A stretch of DNA of 64,000 nt from an uncultured Pseudomonadota bacterium (GCA_963822675.1 CAWGIP010000009.1:22665-86664), one strand, 5' to 3'; positions 1 to 11,899 are shown, numbered from the stretch's first letter. The notes: a model not told the origin generated them from the sequence alone. Translations and numbers: made by a program.

Positions 1-670
1 GCGGGTGGGCAACCTGGAGGAAGCGGTCAGACAGCTACGTGGTCGCGTTGACGAGTTGGCCAACACGGTTCAGGCACAAGGCGCCGATCTCAGCAAGCGG
101 ATTGATGATCTTGCATTTCAGACGCAACAGCATCCGCACGCTGGCGGCGCTTCGGCCGCCGCCCCGCTGGCTGGAACCGGCAGTGCGGCCGAGCCCTCCG
201 CCCGCGCCGCCTCGCGGCCTGCCCCGGCCGCGGCCGAGGTGGGGCCGGGCGCCGCCACCGGTCCGGTTTCGGCGCAGGTCGCGCAGCGCAATCCCGAAGT
301 TGCTTTGCGCAACGCCTATGCCGCGATTGCCCGGCGCGACTACGCGGTCGCCGAGAAGGATACTCGTGCGGTGCTGGCCAACCGAGCCTCGCCGCGCGCC
401 TACGAGGCGCAGTTCCTCCTGGCTCAAGCGCTGCTTGGCCAGCATCAGTATTCGCAGGCGGCGATCGCCTATGATGATGCCTATAATCGGAATCAAAAAG
501 GGCTCTACGCCCAGGAATTGTTGGTCGGCCTGGCCAATTCGCTTATCGCCATCAATGAAAAGCGCGCGGCGTGCGACACGCTGGCGAAACTCCATGCGCA
601 GTTCCCGAACCCCCGAGGCGATCTGCACGAGCCGATCGCCGAAGCCGCCCGCCGCGCCGGATGCAAGTGA
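1..670 (+). CDS. cpoB: Tol-Pal system protein CpoB/YbgF, C-terminal part (5' end outside window)
   Basis: C-terminal TPR-like region (AYAAIARRDY...LLAQALLGQHQY...LAKLHAQFPNP). The cpoB-tilS-ftsH order is conserved at the end of tol-pal operons. Stop TGA at 668-670. Confidence 0.8.
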   Translation, partial: RVGNLEEAVRQLRGRVDELANTVQAQGADLSKRIDDLAFQTQQHPHAGGASAAAPLAGTGSAAEPSARAASRPAPAAAEVGPGAATGPVSAQVAQRNPEVALRNAYAAIARRDYAVAEKDTRAVLANRASPRAYEAQFLLAQALLGQHQYSQAAIAYDDAYNRNQKGLYAQELLVGLANSLIAINEKRAACDTLAKLHAQFPNPRGDLHEPIAEAARRAGCK

Positions 671-697
671 GTTCCGAGGGCAAGCGGGCAGGATGAG

Positions 698-1954
698 ATG
701 AGCGGTGCGCTGTCGGCGGAGGAGTTCGCCGACTTGATGGCGCCTCTGGGGCCGTTCGAGCCGGCCCCGCATCTTGGCGTAGCGGTATCGGGCGGCCCGG
801 ACAGCCTGGCGCTGATGCTATTGGCCGGGGATTGGGCGCAACGACGCGGCGGAACGGCGACGGCGTTGGTCATTGACCATGGGCTCCGCCCGGAATCAGC
901 CTCGGAGGCAGCAACCGCCGCTGCGCAACTCGCAGCCCATGCCATCATCGCCCGGGTGAGCCGGCTGGAGGGTCTTTCGCCCGGGACAGGGATTACGCCG
1001 CGTGCCCGGGAGGCGCGTTATGCGGCGCTTCGTGCGGCCTGTGCCGAGCTGGGGCTGCCGCATCTCCTCCTGGGTCATCATGCGGCGGATCAGGCCGAAA
1101 CCGTGCTGCTTCGCGCACAATCGGGAAGCGGTCCGGCCGGACTCGCGGGGATGGCCCGGGTGGTCGAACATCACTCGGTCCGCTTCTTGCGGCCGCTTTT
1201 AGACGTGCCGCCCGCCCGATTGCGAGCGACTCTCGTGCAAGCGGGCCTAACCTGGGCGGAGGATCCGTCCAACACCAACCAAGCTGCCACCCGAGCGCGC
1301 CTGCGGACCCTGCGCGCCGACCGGGATGGAGCCGGGTCGGGAACGAGAGCCCTGGTCGAGGCTGCCGGCGCGCGGGCGAGAGCACGGGCCGAAGATGAAT
1401 GCGAAACGGCGGTGTGGCTGGCCCACAATGTGGAAGTCCGGCCCGAAGGCTTTGCAATTCTTCCCGCCACACCGATTCCGGTGGCAGCATTCAGGGCGCT
1501 GATTGCTTGCATATCCGGCGCCGCTTATCCGGCGCCCAGCGAGGCGCTTCGGTCATTAGCGGCAGCCCCCCGTCCCGCGACCCTGGCGGGAGCGCGACTG
1601 ATGCCGGCGGGCCGGCTCGGTCCCGGACTGCTGCTGGTGCGAGAAGCCTGCGCCGTCGCTGCACCCGTTCCGGCGCATCCGGGCGCAAACTGGGACCGGC
1701 GCTTCCGTCTGCCGCTTTCGGCAGAGCCGCCAGAGCCGTCGATTGTCGGGGCCCTGGGCGATATGACGCCCCGGTTTCGTCGTCTTAGCCGATTGCCGGC
1801 CGCCGTATTGCGCACGCTTCCCGCGCTGTGGTCGGGTGAACGGCCCGTCGTCGTGCCGCATCTCCTCTGGCCGGACCCGGGTGCGGCCAGTCGGTGCCCG
1901 GTCCTGTTCTGCCCATCGCATCCTGCCGCGGGAGCAACTTTTTTCGCGGCTTAG
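698..1954 (+). CDS. tilS: tRNA(Ile)-lysidine synthetase
   Basis: PP-loop motif VSGGPDS near the N-terminus. 418-aa intact ORF in the expected position between cpoB and ftsH. Confidence 0.85.
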   Translation: MSGALSAEEFADLMAPLGPFEPAPHLGVAVSGGPDSLALMLLAGDWAQRRGGTATALVIDHGLRPESASEAATAAAQLAAHAIIARVSRLEGLSPGTGITPRAREARYAALRAACAELGLPHLLLGHHAADQAETVLLRAQSGSGPAGLAGMARVVEHHSVRFLRPLLDVPPARLRATLVQAGLTWAEDPSNTNQAATRARLRTLRADRDGAGSGTRALVEAAGARARARAEDECETAVWLAHNVEVRPEGFAILPATPIPVAAFRALIACISGAAYPAPSEALRSLAAAPRPATLAGARLMPAGRLGPGLLLVREACAVAAPVPAHPGANWDRRFRLPLSAEPPEPSIVGALGDMTPRFRRLSRLPAAVLRTLPALWSGERPVVVPHLLWPDPGAASRCPVLFCPSHPAAGATFFAA

Positions 1955-2112
1955 GGCATTCGGGGCACGATGTTTGAGTGGTTGGGGGTGCGCCTTGCGG
2001 TGGGACATCCTATGTTGACAAGCGTTGCGGGAGGCTGGCTCATGTCAGTTTCGGCCGTGCCGCCATAATCGGGCCGAGGAATGTAGCCCGGCCTTGGAGA
2101 CGTGTAGGATCA

Positions 2113-4041
2113 ATGAGCAACTTCGGCCGCAACCTGGCGCTGTGGGTAATCATTGCCCTCCTGCTTGTGGTTCTCTTCAACCTCTTCCAACCGGGCGCCA
2201 CGCATACAGCCTCGACCCAGGTCGCCTACTCCGATTTCCTTTCCGAAGTGAATCAGGGTCAAGTGCGCGACGTGGTCATCCAAGGCCACACGATTTCCGG
2301 CCAGCTTGCCGACGGACGCACGTTCGAAACCTACACGCCGGATGATCCGACCCTGGTGAAGCGGTTGACCGACAAGGGTGTGCGCGTGATCGCGAAGCCG
2401 CGCGACGCCGACGTTAATCCGCTGCTGCACTACCTGCTGTCTTGGTTCCCGATGCTGCTTCTGATCGGCGTTTGGGTGTTCTTCATGCGCCAGATGCAAG
2501 CCGGGGGCGGGCGGGCCATGGGCTTCGGCAAGTCCCGCGCGCGGTTGCTGACGGAGAAGCAGGGGCGCGTCACCTTCGACGACGTGGCCGGGATCGACGA
2601 AGCAAAGGGCGAGTTACAGGAAATCGTCGAGTTCCTGAAAGACCCGCAGAAATTCCAGCGGCTCGGCGGCAAGATTCCGAAGGGTGTGCTGCTGGTCGGG
2701 CCACCCGGAACCGGCAAGACCCTGCTCGCGCGAGCTATCGCGGGCGAGGCCAATGTGCCCTTTTTCACCATATCCGGCTCCGACTTCGTCGAGATGTTCG
2801 TGGGCGTCGGTGCCTCCCGCGTGCGCGACATGTTCGAGCAGGGCAAGAAGAACGCGCCGTGCATCATCTTTATCGACGAGATTGACGCGGTCGGGCGGCA
2901 CCGTGGCGCGGGCCTCGGCGGCGGCAATGATGAGCGCGAACAGACGCTCAATCAGATGCTCGTCGAAATGGACGGCTTCGAATCCAATGAGGGCGTCATC
3001 CTGATCGCCGCGACCAACCGGCCTGACGTGCTGGACCCGGCGCTGCTGCGCCCTGGCCGCTTCGATCGCCAGGTGGTCGTTCCGAACCCGGACGTGAACG
3101 GGCGCGAGCGAATTTTGCGAGTGCATATGCGCAAGGTGCCGCTGGCCTCGGACGTCGATCCGAAGGTGATCGCTCGCGGCACACCCGGTTTTTCCGGGGC
3201 GGATCTCGCCAATCTGGTGAATGAAGCGGCTCTGCTGGCCGCGCGCATGGGCAAGCGCGTCGTGGCCATGGCGGAGTTCGAGTCGGCCAAGGACAAGGTG
3301 CTGATGGGCACCGAGCGGCGCAGCCTGGTCATGAGCGAGGCCGAGAAGCGAATGACCGCTTACCACGAAGGCGGGCACGCGTTGTGCGCGCTGCATGAAC
3401 CCGAATGCGATCCGGTTCACAAGGCGACCATCATTCCGCGCGGTCGGGCCTTGGGCCTGGTCATGAGTCTGCCGGAGGGCGATCGCTATTCCAAGAGCAA
3501 GTCGAAACTGCTCGGCGAACTGACCATGGCGATGGGCGGGCGTGCGGCGGAAGAGATCATCTTCGGCCCCGACAAGGTGTCCAACGGCGCTGCCGGGGAC
3601 ATCAAGATGGCGACCGACCAGGCGCGGCGGATGGTCACCGAATGGGGCATGAGCGACAAGCTCGGGATGATCGCCTACGGTGACAACAGCCAGGAGGTTT
3701 TTCTCGGCCACTCGGTCACGCAGAGCAAGAACGTCTCCGAGGCGACGGCGCGGGAGATCGACGCCGAGATAAAGGACATTATCGACCGAGCTTACAGCAA
3801 GGCACGGCGGCTGCTGACCGACAATATCGAAGAACTGCACCGACTTGCACGCGGGCTTTTGGAGCACGAGACGCTGACGGGCGACGAGATTCGCACCGTG
3901 TTGCGCGGTGAGCCGGTCATCCGGAAGGTGGTGGACGAGCCGGCTCCGGAGAGCCGACGTGCGTCGGTTCCCACGACGGGACGGCCGGCTAGTCCGACCC
4001 CTCCGGCCGGTGGGCTCGGCCCCGCGCCGCAGCCGGGATAG
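2113..4041 (+). CDS. ftsH: ATP-dependent zinc metalloprotease FtsH
   Basis: N-terminal TM helix; Walker A GPPGTGKT; zinc site HEGGHA; start MSNFGRN at 2113, in frame with the 1978 ORF. Intact. Confidence 0.95.
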   Translation: MSNFGRNLALWVIIALLLVVLFNLFQPGATHTASTQVAYSDFLSEVNQGQVRDVVIQGHTISGQLADGRTFETYTPDDPTLVKRLTDKGVRVIAKPRDADVNPLLHYLLSWFPMLLLIGVWVFFMRQMQAGGGRAMGFGKSRARLLTEKQGRVTFDDVAGIDEAKGELQEIVEFLKDPQKFQRLGGKIPKGVLLVGPPGTGKTLLARAIAGEANVPFFTISGSDFVEMFVGVGASRVRDMFEQGKKNAPCIIFIDEIDAVGRHRGAGLGGGNDEREQTLNQMLVEMDGFESNEGVILIAATNRPDVLDPALLRPGRFDRQVVVPNPDVNGRERILRVHMRKVPLASDVDPKVIARGTPGFSGADLANLVNEAALLAARMGKRVVAMAEFESAKDKVLMGTERRSLVMSEAEKRMTAYHEGGHALCALHEPECDPVHKATIIPRGRALGLVMSLPEGDRYSKSKSKLLGELTMAMGGRAAEEIIFGPDKVSNGAAGDIKMATDQARRMVTEWGMSDKLGMIAYGDNSQEVFLGHSVTQSKNVSEATAREIDAEIKDIIDRAYSKARRLLTDNIEELHRLARGLLEHETLTGDEIRTVLRGEPVIRKVVDEPAPESRRASVPTTGRPASPTPPAGGLGPAPQPG

Positions 4042-4057
4042 GGCGCCGCCTCGGCCT

Positions 4058-4098
4058 AAAGGTATCAACGGACGTACGGCGTCCGCCGGAAAGGGCGG
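4058..4098 (+). terminator. possible stem-loop pair downstream of ftsH (weak terminator candidate)
   Basis: cggacgtacggcgtccg and gtccgccggaaagggcggac hairpins just after the ftsH stop. No U-tract. Confidence 0.2.
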
Positions 4099-4120
4099 AC
4101 ACCGTTCTCGCAACGAGCTC

Positions 4121-4901
4121 TCAGGACGAATGATGGTGGCTGGTGACATTCACCAGCATGCCATCCGTGTTCCCGGCAGCATCCAAGTAGAATCCGACAA
4201 GCTGACCCTTGTCGTTAATCCCATTCATAACCGTCGAGCCGTTGGCATTCGGGTCGTCGATGGTCGTGTAGCGGTGGTTGTCCATGTTGTACAGGAAGCC
4301 GCGGGTCTTGCCGTCGCTGCCCATAAACGATCCGACCACCTGATCCTCATTGCGCCGTTCTGCACGAAGCCGGATATTTCCCCTTCGTTGTTGATGCCTG
4401 TGGCGGTGACGCTGCTGAAAGCCTTCACGTTCACCGCGTCGAAGCTGCCCGACTTGATATCATATGTGAAGCCGTGGTTGTTGCCTTGGCATCGGTGTAG
4501 AAACCAACCGCCTTGTCGTGATCGTTCACGCCCAGCAGCTGTTCCACGCTTGGTGTGCCCGCTGCGGGCTTCGGTGTATTCGGATCGACAACGTTCGCAA
4601 GAACTTGCCGTCGTGCTCCACGAAACCGAAATTGTCGCCATTGGCATCCGCCCAGAACCCGACAGTGATATCGCGATTGTTAAGGCCGGTCACCTGGGTC
4701 TGCTGGGAGCCCGGAAAGTTCTCGTTTTGGTAGTTTCCCTTGGCTATATGGAAAGTTCAGCGTGTAGCCCTTGTTGGGATGCACGGTGGGCGGTGTGCCG
4801 CTGCCGAAATAACCAGCGATCTTGCCCTCGTCGTTGATGCCAAGCAGCTGGTTGAACGTCGGGTCGGCCTGGTCGTCCAGGGTCGTGAACTTGAGTTCCA
4901 T
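4121..4901 (-). pseudogene. HAF-like repeat protein (GIN[DN]xG[QEK][IL][VAS]G[FY] repeats), read in three frames
   Basis: Three overlapping minus-strand ORFs (4680-5000, 4225-4647, 4121-4339) each carry the same ~40-aa repeat, so at least two frame breaks. No signal peptide. Adjacent to the T1SS genes. Confidence 0.5.
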
Positions 4902-5355
4902 TGGTGCGTACTCCTGATCTGTTGCGTTCTGCCGCGGCCGAATGCGGACACGCTGTTGCACACGGGTGGTCCTCGTCCGGTCGGCATGCGCAATTTGCAT
5001 TGGCGCGGCCCACCCGGGGTGACTGGGGTCACAGGCCTTGCTTGCTTATTCGGAAGTAGCGATAGAAAGCTTTTGATCGGGTGGCCGGCTGGAGGGCGCG
5101 CAACTCCTTCCCTTTGCTGTGCCACGGTCACTTCCGGCGCGTCCCGCATAAGACATCCACGCCGTGCGCAGCGATCCTGCTGTGGCGATCATGGGAGCAC
5201 GGTGGTGGAGATGGTTCCGGACAACAAAGGCCAGTCGGAGCTGCGATCGAACACGTCTCGGCCAGCTGCGTCTGTTCCGGGCAGTGACGAAAGCGCACCG
5301 GGCACACAGAGCTCAGATCGCCTGGCGGCAAAAAAACCGGCGCTCCCCTGCGGGG

Positions 5356-7584
5356 ATGATACGGATCAGGTGCCGACTTCTGACCATACATTCGGCCACT
5401 CAGGTCCGCCTGCTCGCACTAACCGCCGTGGCACGCTTTCACGGTGCCGAGCTTGATGGCAACGATCTGCGCCTGCCGAAGGTAGGAGCACCATCGCCGG
5501 CCGCGCTGGCTGAATGGCTGCGCAAGAGTGGACTATGGGCCAGGGCGGTTGTGCTTCGGTGGAAGCAGCTCATCGCTCTCGACCTTACCAGCCCCCTCGT
5601 CCTGCTGCTGAACGACGGCAGCGCGGTTCTGCTTGTAGCCAATGACAAGAAACGCAATCTGGTCTGGATCAGGCACTCCCGCCTCGCGCCTGCCGCACCG
5701 CCGGTGGCGTTCAATGAAGAGAGCCTGTCCGAGCTATGGAGCGGCGAGGCCATTCTGACTCGCGCCCGCCGTACCGCCGCCGCAAGAGGAGGCGCCGTTC
5801 ACCCTGGGCTGGGTCGCTCAATTGGTGTGGATGGAACGACGCGCCATGCGCGACGTCCTGCTCGCGTCGCTCGTCCTCAGCCTGCTCACCGTCGTGCCGC
5901 CGCTGATGGTGATGACGGTTATCGACCAGGTGGTGACCCACCAGAGCCTGTCTACCCTGGTACTTGATGAGCCTGCTGATCGGCACCGCGACAATCTCTG
6001 AAACGGTGCTGGGCTACGCGCGCCGGCAGCTTATCCTGATGGTGGGCGCCAGGGTGGATGCCAAGCTGAACCTGCACGTCTTCCAGCGGCTTCTACGCTT
6101 ACCGTTGGACTATTTCGAGCGCAATCAGGCTGGACAAGATCTGGTCGATGACCGGGCTGCAGATCAACAAGATCCGCGAGTTCATCACCGGCAAGATGCT
6201 GACCACCATGCTGGATCTAGTTACATTGCTGGCGCTGTTGCCGATCCTGATTATGCTGCAACCGGTACTGTCATGGATGGTGCTAATCTGCGCCGGCCTG
6301 ATCGCTGCCGTGATCGCGATCTCGATGAAGCCGATGAGCCGGCGGGTGAAGCGCTGGATCGATGCCGAGACGGCGAAGTCGAGCGTCATGGTGGAAGCCT
6401 TGCACGGCATCCGCACCGTCAAGTCGCTGGCGTTGGAGCAGCAGCAGCACGAACGCTGGGACGCCCGCGTTGCCGAGGCAACACAGGCGAAGATCGACGC
6501 CGGTTGGCTGGCCAGCCTGCCGCAGATGATCATCACGCCACTCGAGGGCTTCATGCAGCGTGGCGTGCTGCTGGTCGGCGCCTATCTGGCACTCACGAAC
6601 GATGGCACCGTCGCCATCGGCGGTCTTGTCGCCTTCATGATGCTCAGTGCGCGTGTAGCCCAGCCCCTGAGCAGTCTGGCGAAGCTGATGGAGGACATCG
6701 GGGAGGTGCGCACCGCCGCCGCGCTCGCTGCATCGGTGCTGAACCGGCGCCCCAAATCGGCTGATCCGTCCGGCGGGGCCCGGCCGCGTTTCCAAGGCGC
6801 GATCTCGTTCGACAAGGTCGGCTACAGCTATCCCGGCGCGGTCGCGCCCGCACTGGATGAAATCAGCTTCAAGATCGCGCCCGGCACGGTGCTGGGCGTG
6901 GTCGGCCGCAGCGGTTCGGGCAAGTCCACCGTCGCTCGCTTGCTGCAAGGGATCACACGCGACTACAAGGGCCTTATCAGCGTCGACGGGTTCGACCTGC
7001 GCGACGTGAACCTGACGCATCTGCGGCGCAATCTCGGCGTGGTGCTACAGGATAACTTTCTGTTCCGTGGCACAATTCGCGAGAACATCCTGGCCGGGCG
7101 TTCCGGGCTGACCCTATCCGATGCGGTCCGCGCCGCGCGGCTGGCGGGCGCGGCGGAGTTCATCGAGCGGCTGCCGAACGGCTATGAGACGCTGATCGAG
7201 GAAGGGTCGCCCAACCTGTCGGGCGGCCAGCGGCAGCGCCTAGCCATCGCCCGGGCGCTGGTCCATGACCCGCGAATCCTGATCATGGATGAGGCCACCA
7301 GTGCGCTCGATCCGGAAAGCGAGGCGCTAGTGAATGCCAACCTGGCGCAGATGGCCCGCGGCCGGACGATGGTGATCGTGTCGCACCGGCTATCCTCGCT
7401 GACCGGCTGCGATCAAATCCTTGTCCTTGATCAGGGGCGCGTCCTGGACATCGGCCCGCACGCGGCGCTGATCACGCGCTGTCCCGACTATCAGCAGCTC
7501 TGGCTCCAGCAAAACCGCCACCTGATCGGCCACGAGGGCCAGCAATACGGGCTGCGATTCACCATTCCGGCGCAAGGGGTCTGA
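5356..7584 (+). pseudogene. Type I secretion ABC transporter (HlyB-type with N-terminal C39-like domain lacking the catalytic Cys), frame-disrupted about three times
   Basis: N-terminal LLALTAVARFHG C39-like domain without Cys; TM region; NBD with LSGGQRQRLAIARAL and IMDEATSALD. The product is spread over frames 5164-5967, about 5800-5960, 5964-6140 and 6148-7584. Confidence 0.8.
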
Positions 7585-7587
7585 TCC

Positions 7588-9000
7588 ATGAGCATCAGCA
7601 AAAACGTCCGCCGCTGGGCCGCCACTCGGTCAGCAACTCCGGACAGCGCTACAGGCATTGCTGGAGTTCCAGTCACCAACCGCTGCGGTCATTGCACGCA
7701 AGGCGCCGCTGAGCGGGCGCGTGACGATCTGGACCATTGCAGCTGCGGTTCTGTCCTCCGTAGCGATCATGGGCGTTTGTCCCGTTGACCGCGTGGTCGC
7801 GGTGCCGGGCATGGTTGTCTCGAAGGGACCGAATATCGTCATTCAACCGCTGGACACGTCGATCGTGCGCAACATCAGCGTTCATGAAGGGCAGTTGGTG
7901 CGGGCTGGCAACTCACTGGCCATGCTGGATGGAACCTTCGCCACGGCTGACGCGGGCGCGCTCGAGAAACAGGTGGCCAGTTTGCAGGCCGAGGTGGACC
8001 GGCTGAACGCCGAGTCGCATGGCCGCATCTATGTCTCTGACAGCAGCCCTGCTAGCCAATTGCAGGCGATGATTTTCTCCCAGCGCCGCGCGGAACGAAC
8101 AGCCAAGCTTGAGAGCTACAGGCAGCGGATTGACAGCGCGCAGGCCAAGGTGGCGCAGACAATGAGCGACATCGCAAGCTATGCGGAGCAGTTCAAAGCC
8201 GCCCAGACGAAGGAAGGCATGCGCCGTGAGCTGGAGCGCCTGCAGGTGGGAAGCAAGCTCAGCACTCTGGACGCGCGGGGCCAGCGGGCCGAAGTCAGCC
8301 GCGCGCTGCAAGCAGCCGTCGCCGCCAACGCAGCGGCCAAAAGCGAGATGGAGGCGCTCGCCGCCGAACGTGATGCCTATGCGCAGCAGAGCCAAGGCGA
8401 GACGGCCCAACAGCTGACGGAGCAAGGGCGCAAACTGTCGGAAGCGAGGGAGGAGCAACGAAAGGCAAATCTGCGGCGCCGGCTTGTTGATCTACGGGCG
8501 GAGCACGATGCTCTTGTGCTGAGCGTGGCGAAGGTTTCGGTGGGCTCGGTCGTGCAGTCCGGCGACCAATTGATCACGCTGGTGCCGACCGATGCGCTGC
8601 TTGAGGTCGCAGGCCAGCGTTCCCGGCCGCGACGCCGGATTTGTTCAGGTCGGCAATCCGGTGGTGATCAAGTTCGATACGTTTCCTTATACTACCTATG
8701 GCTTCGCCCATGGTCCATCTGACCACTGTCAGCGCCGACAGCTTCCCGTTCCGGGGAATGGCCGCGAACAGGCAAGCCAGTGCGAATGCTTCCCAGGCCG
8801 GAGGCAATCGAAGGGGCGACCTACTACCGGGCCACTGTCTCGCTTGATGAAATCCAGGCTGCATCAATCTCCCGGCCGGCTTCCGTATTGGTTCCGGGCA
8901 TGCCCGTGACTGCGGATATCAAGGCGGGACAGCGTACCGTGCTGTCATATCTGATGTCCCGCGTGATCCCGACATGTGACCGAGGGGATGCGCGAGCCGT
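7588..9000 (+). pseudogene. HlyD-family membrane fusion protein (T1SS periplasmic adaptor), frame-disrupted; 3' end approximate
   Basis: LLEFQSPTAAVI (equivalent to the HlyD HLELIETP region), a long coiled coil, then VQVGNPVVIKFDTFPYTTYG and ADIKAGQRTVLSYLMSRV in two other frames. A likely ATG at 7588 is separated from the body by another shift. Confidence 0.7.
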
Positions 9001-9414
9001 GATCCTGCCGAGCGGCAAGTTTGGCGACCGATCTCGCCATCGCAAGCCGCCGTGTGCGGCGCGGCAATTCAAGTGTGCAGCACGGGAGCGGCCTGGATCA
9101 CTTCCCCCCGCGTACAGCGGGGGTCGCGATGACGGTCCCAAGGCTACGAAGGATCGTTTGAGTTGATTACGATGAGATCGCTGACGGAAGCAGCTTTGGT
9201 CGATTGGAGGTGTTTCAGCAAGAAGCAGGGCGTGTCGTCAATTGAGCCAAATGGCAATGGCGGCCAGCTTACAGGACGGGATAGCGCAGCATATCCCGCC
9301 TCCCGCCAACGTCGATCTGGCGGTTCAAAAACCGCGCCTGATCAACCCCGTCTTGTCCCAAGCGTGGCATCGTGCTCGCCGCCGTCAAGGACGCTGCGCG
9401 CCGCCTCCGGCGGT

Positions 9415-9560
9415 AGCCTTCGGCCATCCTTGACCGCGGCTGCGCGCGACACCAAGGCATCCTCACGCCGGAACAAAGAAACGATCCCCTCGACCAAACC
9501 AAAAAACACCGCCGTCTTCAAAATCCCAAGCGAAAGGGGTCCCTTTTGCATGCCGATTGA
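9415..9560. repeat. Copy 1 of a ~146-bp repeat (about 92 % identical to 12076-12243); ends in the hairpin aaaggggtcccttttgcatgccgattg
   Basis: Direct alignment: agccttcggccatccttgaccgcggctgcgcgcgacaccaaggcat...gccgtcttcaaaatcccaag...ggggtcccttttgcatgccgattg. The minus strand encodes a short hydrophobic peptide, MQKGPLSLGILKTAVFFGLVEGIVSLFRR. Confidence 0.7.
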
Positions 9561-9650
9561 CAGTGGAGGTCCCCGATCTGCAAGCTACCGTGTCCTCCGA
9601 GGTCAGCTTGAACGCAAAGCTGATCTGCCAATCGACACAGGAGATGCGCG

Positions 9651-10469
9651 ATGCCTGACCCTTCGCAGTTCAACATCGACCGCACCCGTCGGGGCCGGTG
9701 GACGATCACCTTCAGCAACCCGCCGATCAACATGTTTGTTCCCACAACGATCGTCGAATTGGGAGCGCTGATGGCCAACCTCGAGGCGGACCCGTCCGTG
9801 AAGGTCGCAGTGTTCCAGTCGGCGAATTCAGATTTTTTCATCGCCCATCTCGACGTAGCCAAGGCAGCGGAACGGCCAGAGGCGCTGGGCCTTTGGCGCG
9901 ACTTTGTGTTGCGCCTCTCGTCCACGCCAGTCGTGAGCATCGCCAAGGTTCGCGGCCGCGCGCGCGGCATCGGGAACGAGTTCGTGCTGGCCTGCGACAT
10001 GCGCTTCGCCAGCCGGCAGAGCGCCCTGTTCGGCCAACCCGAGATCGGCGTCGGACTGGTCCCGGGAGGCGGAGCGCTCGAATGGCTCCCGCGTGTGGTC
10101 GGTCGCTCGCGGGCACTTGAGATCGTCCTCAGCGGCGACGATTTCGATGCTGATATCGCCGAGCGCTATGGCTGGGTGAACCGCACGCTGGACGATGGCG
10201 ACCTCAACTCGTTTGTCGATGCGCTCGTCCGGCGCCTGGCCTCGTTCGATCGTGAAACGCTAGCCGCGGCGAAGGGCCAGATCAATCGGTTCGGGACGCC
10301 GACAGCCGCCGAGCTTCAGTCGAGCAACGACCTGTTCTTCCCACTGCTGGCCTTGCCAGGTGCGCAGGCGCGCCGTGCCAAGGTCCGCATATCGGTTACG
10401 GTGTCCGAGCGACTTCGAATTGAACTTCGGCCGGTATCTCCCAGCGCTCGGGCGGGCGGACGACGATGA
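9651..10469 (+). CDS. enoyl-CoA hydratase/isomerase (crotonase) family protein
   Basis: Crotonase fold signatures (VFQSANSDFFIAHLD, GQPEIGVGLVPGGGA). 272-aa intact ORF. Confidence 0.75.
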   Translation: MPDPSQFNIDRTRRGRWTITFSNPPINMFVPTTIVELGALMANLEADPSVKVAVFQSANSDFFIAHLDVAKAAERPEALGLWRDFVLRLSSTPVVSIAKVRGRARGIGNEFVLACDMRFASRQSALFGQPEIGVGLVPGGGALEWLPRVVGRSRALEIVLSGDDFDADIAERYGWVNRTLDDGDLNSFVDALVRRLASFDRETLAAAKGQINRFGTPTAAELQSSNDLFFPLLALPGAQARRAKVRISVTVSERLRIELRPVSPSARAGGRR

Positions 10470-10692
10470 CACGGACGCGCGGCCCGACTGATCGTCGCCC
10501 TGGATTTCTGAACTCGGCACCGACGTCGACGTCCGCCAGCGCCCCATTAATACGTCGTCTGTATGTTGAGAAGGTCGTTATACAAGAGAACACGGCTTCA
10601 ATTGCCGTCGGTTTTGCGGAAGCCCAGCAGCAACTGCTGGAGCAAGCCCGCCAGGTTTCTCGGTCTCTTTTCTTCAGAAAGGGAGTTCACCT

Positions 10693-11899
10693 ATGAGTGT
10701 TGTCGGAAAGCTAGCGCGGAGCGACAAGACGGCTATCCGGGCGTTTCATGTGAATGTTCCGGAGGCGGCGCTCGCCGACCTCCACCGGCGCTTGGCAGAG
10801 ACACGCCTTCCGGAACAGGAGACCGTTGGCGACTACTCTCAGGGCGTGCCGCTCAAAACGGTCGAGCAGGTTCTGCGCTACTGGCAGACGGACTACGACT
10901 GGCGCAAGGTCGAGGCACGGCTCAACGCCATGCCGAACTTCATCACTGAAATCGACGGGCTGGACATCCACTTCATACATGTCCGTTCGAAGCACGAGAA
11001 CGGGCTGCCTCTGATCGTAACGCACGGCTGGCCCGGCTCGGTGGTCGAGCAATTGAAGATCGTCGAGCCGCTCACCAACCCCACGGCGCACGGCGGAAGC
11101 GCGTCGGACGCTTTCCATCTAGTGATCCCGTCGATGCCCGGTTACGGGTTCTCCGGCAAGCCGACGGCCACAGGCTGGGGCCCCGAGCGACGCAAGTGCC
11201 TGGATCACGCTGATGCGGCGCCTTGGCTACGAGCGCTTCGTCGCGCAGGGTGGCGATTGGGGTGCGGTCGTCACCGATTTGATCGGCGTGCAGGCGCCGC
11301 CTGAACTACTCGGCATTCACACCAATATGCCCGGCGCAATTCCCTCGGACATTGATCAGGCTTCTTTCGCCGGTGCTCCGGCGCCGTCCGGTCTCTCTGA
11401 TGAGGAGAGAAGTTCATCGAACAACTCGTCTTCTTCTACAAGCATGTATATTACGCCTTCTGGATGGGGAACGCGCCCGCAAACCCTGACCGGGTTTGCG
11501 GACTCGGCCATCGGCCTTGCGACGTTCCTGCTCGATCACGACGCCCGGAGCCTGGAGCTCATTGCGCGTTCGTTCGACGGCCAGCCGGAAGGCCTCACAC
11601 CGGACGATATCCTCGACAACGCCACGCTGTTCTGGCTGACGAAACCAGGGGTCTCGTCGGCTCGCCTCTATTGCGAAAACAAGCTCCCCTTCTTAGCCCG
11701 AAGGGCGTCAAGGTGCCAACGGCTGTGAGCGTCTTCCCGGACGAACTCTACCAGACGACACGGGCCTGGGCGGAGCGCGCTTATCCCAACCTGATCCACT
11801 ACAACAAGGTCGCAAAAGGCGGTCACTTCGCGGCCTGGGAACAGCCGCGAGCTCTTCACGAAGGGGCTTCGCGTGGGCTTCAGGTCACTTCGCAACTGA
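10693..11899 (+). CDS. epoxide hydrolase (microsomal EH-like N-terminal domain plus alpha/beta hydrolase), at least four small indels including a compensating pair
   Basis: HGWPGS oxyanion motif, a GGDWG nucleophile elbow and C-terminal GGHFAAWEQP. 11400-11470 leaves and re-enters the reading frame (FIEQLVFFYKH is only visible in the +1 frame). The end is rebuilt as ...ELFTKGLRVGFRSLRN with stop at 11897. Confidence 0.7.

Noticed and set aside
35-772. Long antisense ORFs across known genes (35-772 -, 505-948 -, 2614-4149 - opposite ftsH, 30525-31870 + opposite flotillin, 23062-23904 + opposite coxE and others)
   Set aside because: High-GC third-position bias keeps all six frames open. They have no conserved motifs and overlap well-supported genes.
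4121-5000. RTX toxin as the T1SS substrate
   Set aside because: No GGxGxDxUx nonapeptide repeats. The repeats present are HAF-like (GINDxGQ).
5164-5355. ABC transporter start at 5164
   Set aside because: The upstream 64 codons are Arg/Trp-rich and unlike HlyB N-termini. The C39-like domain begins at ATG 5356.
9163-9771. A 202-aa protein-coding gene
   Set aside because: It spans the non-coding repeat copy 1 and the crotonase start, with low complexity and no domain.
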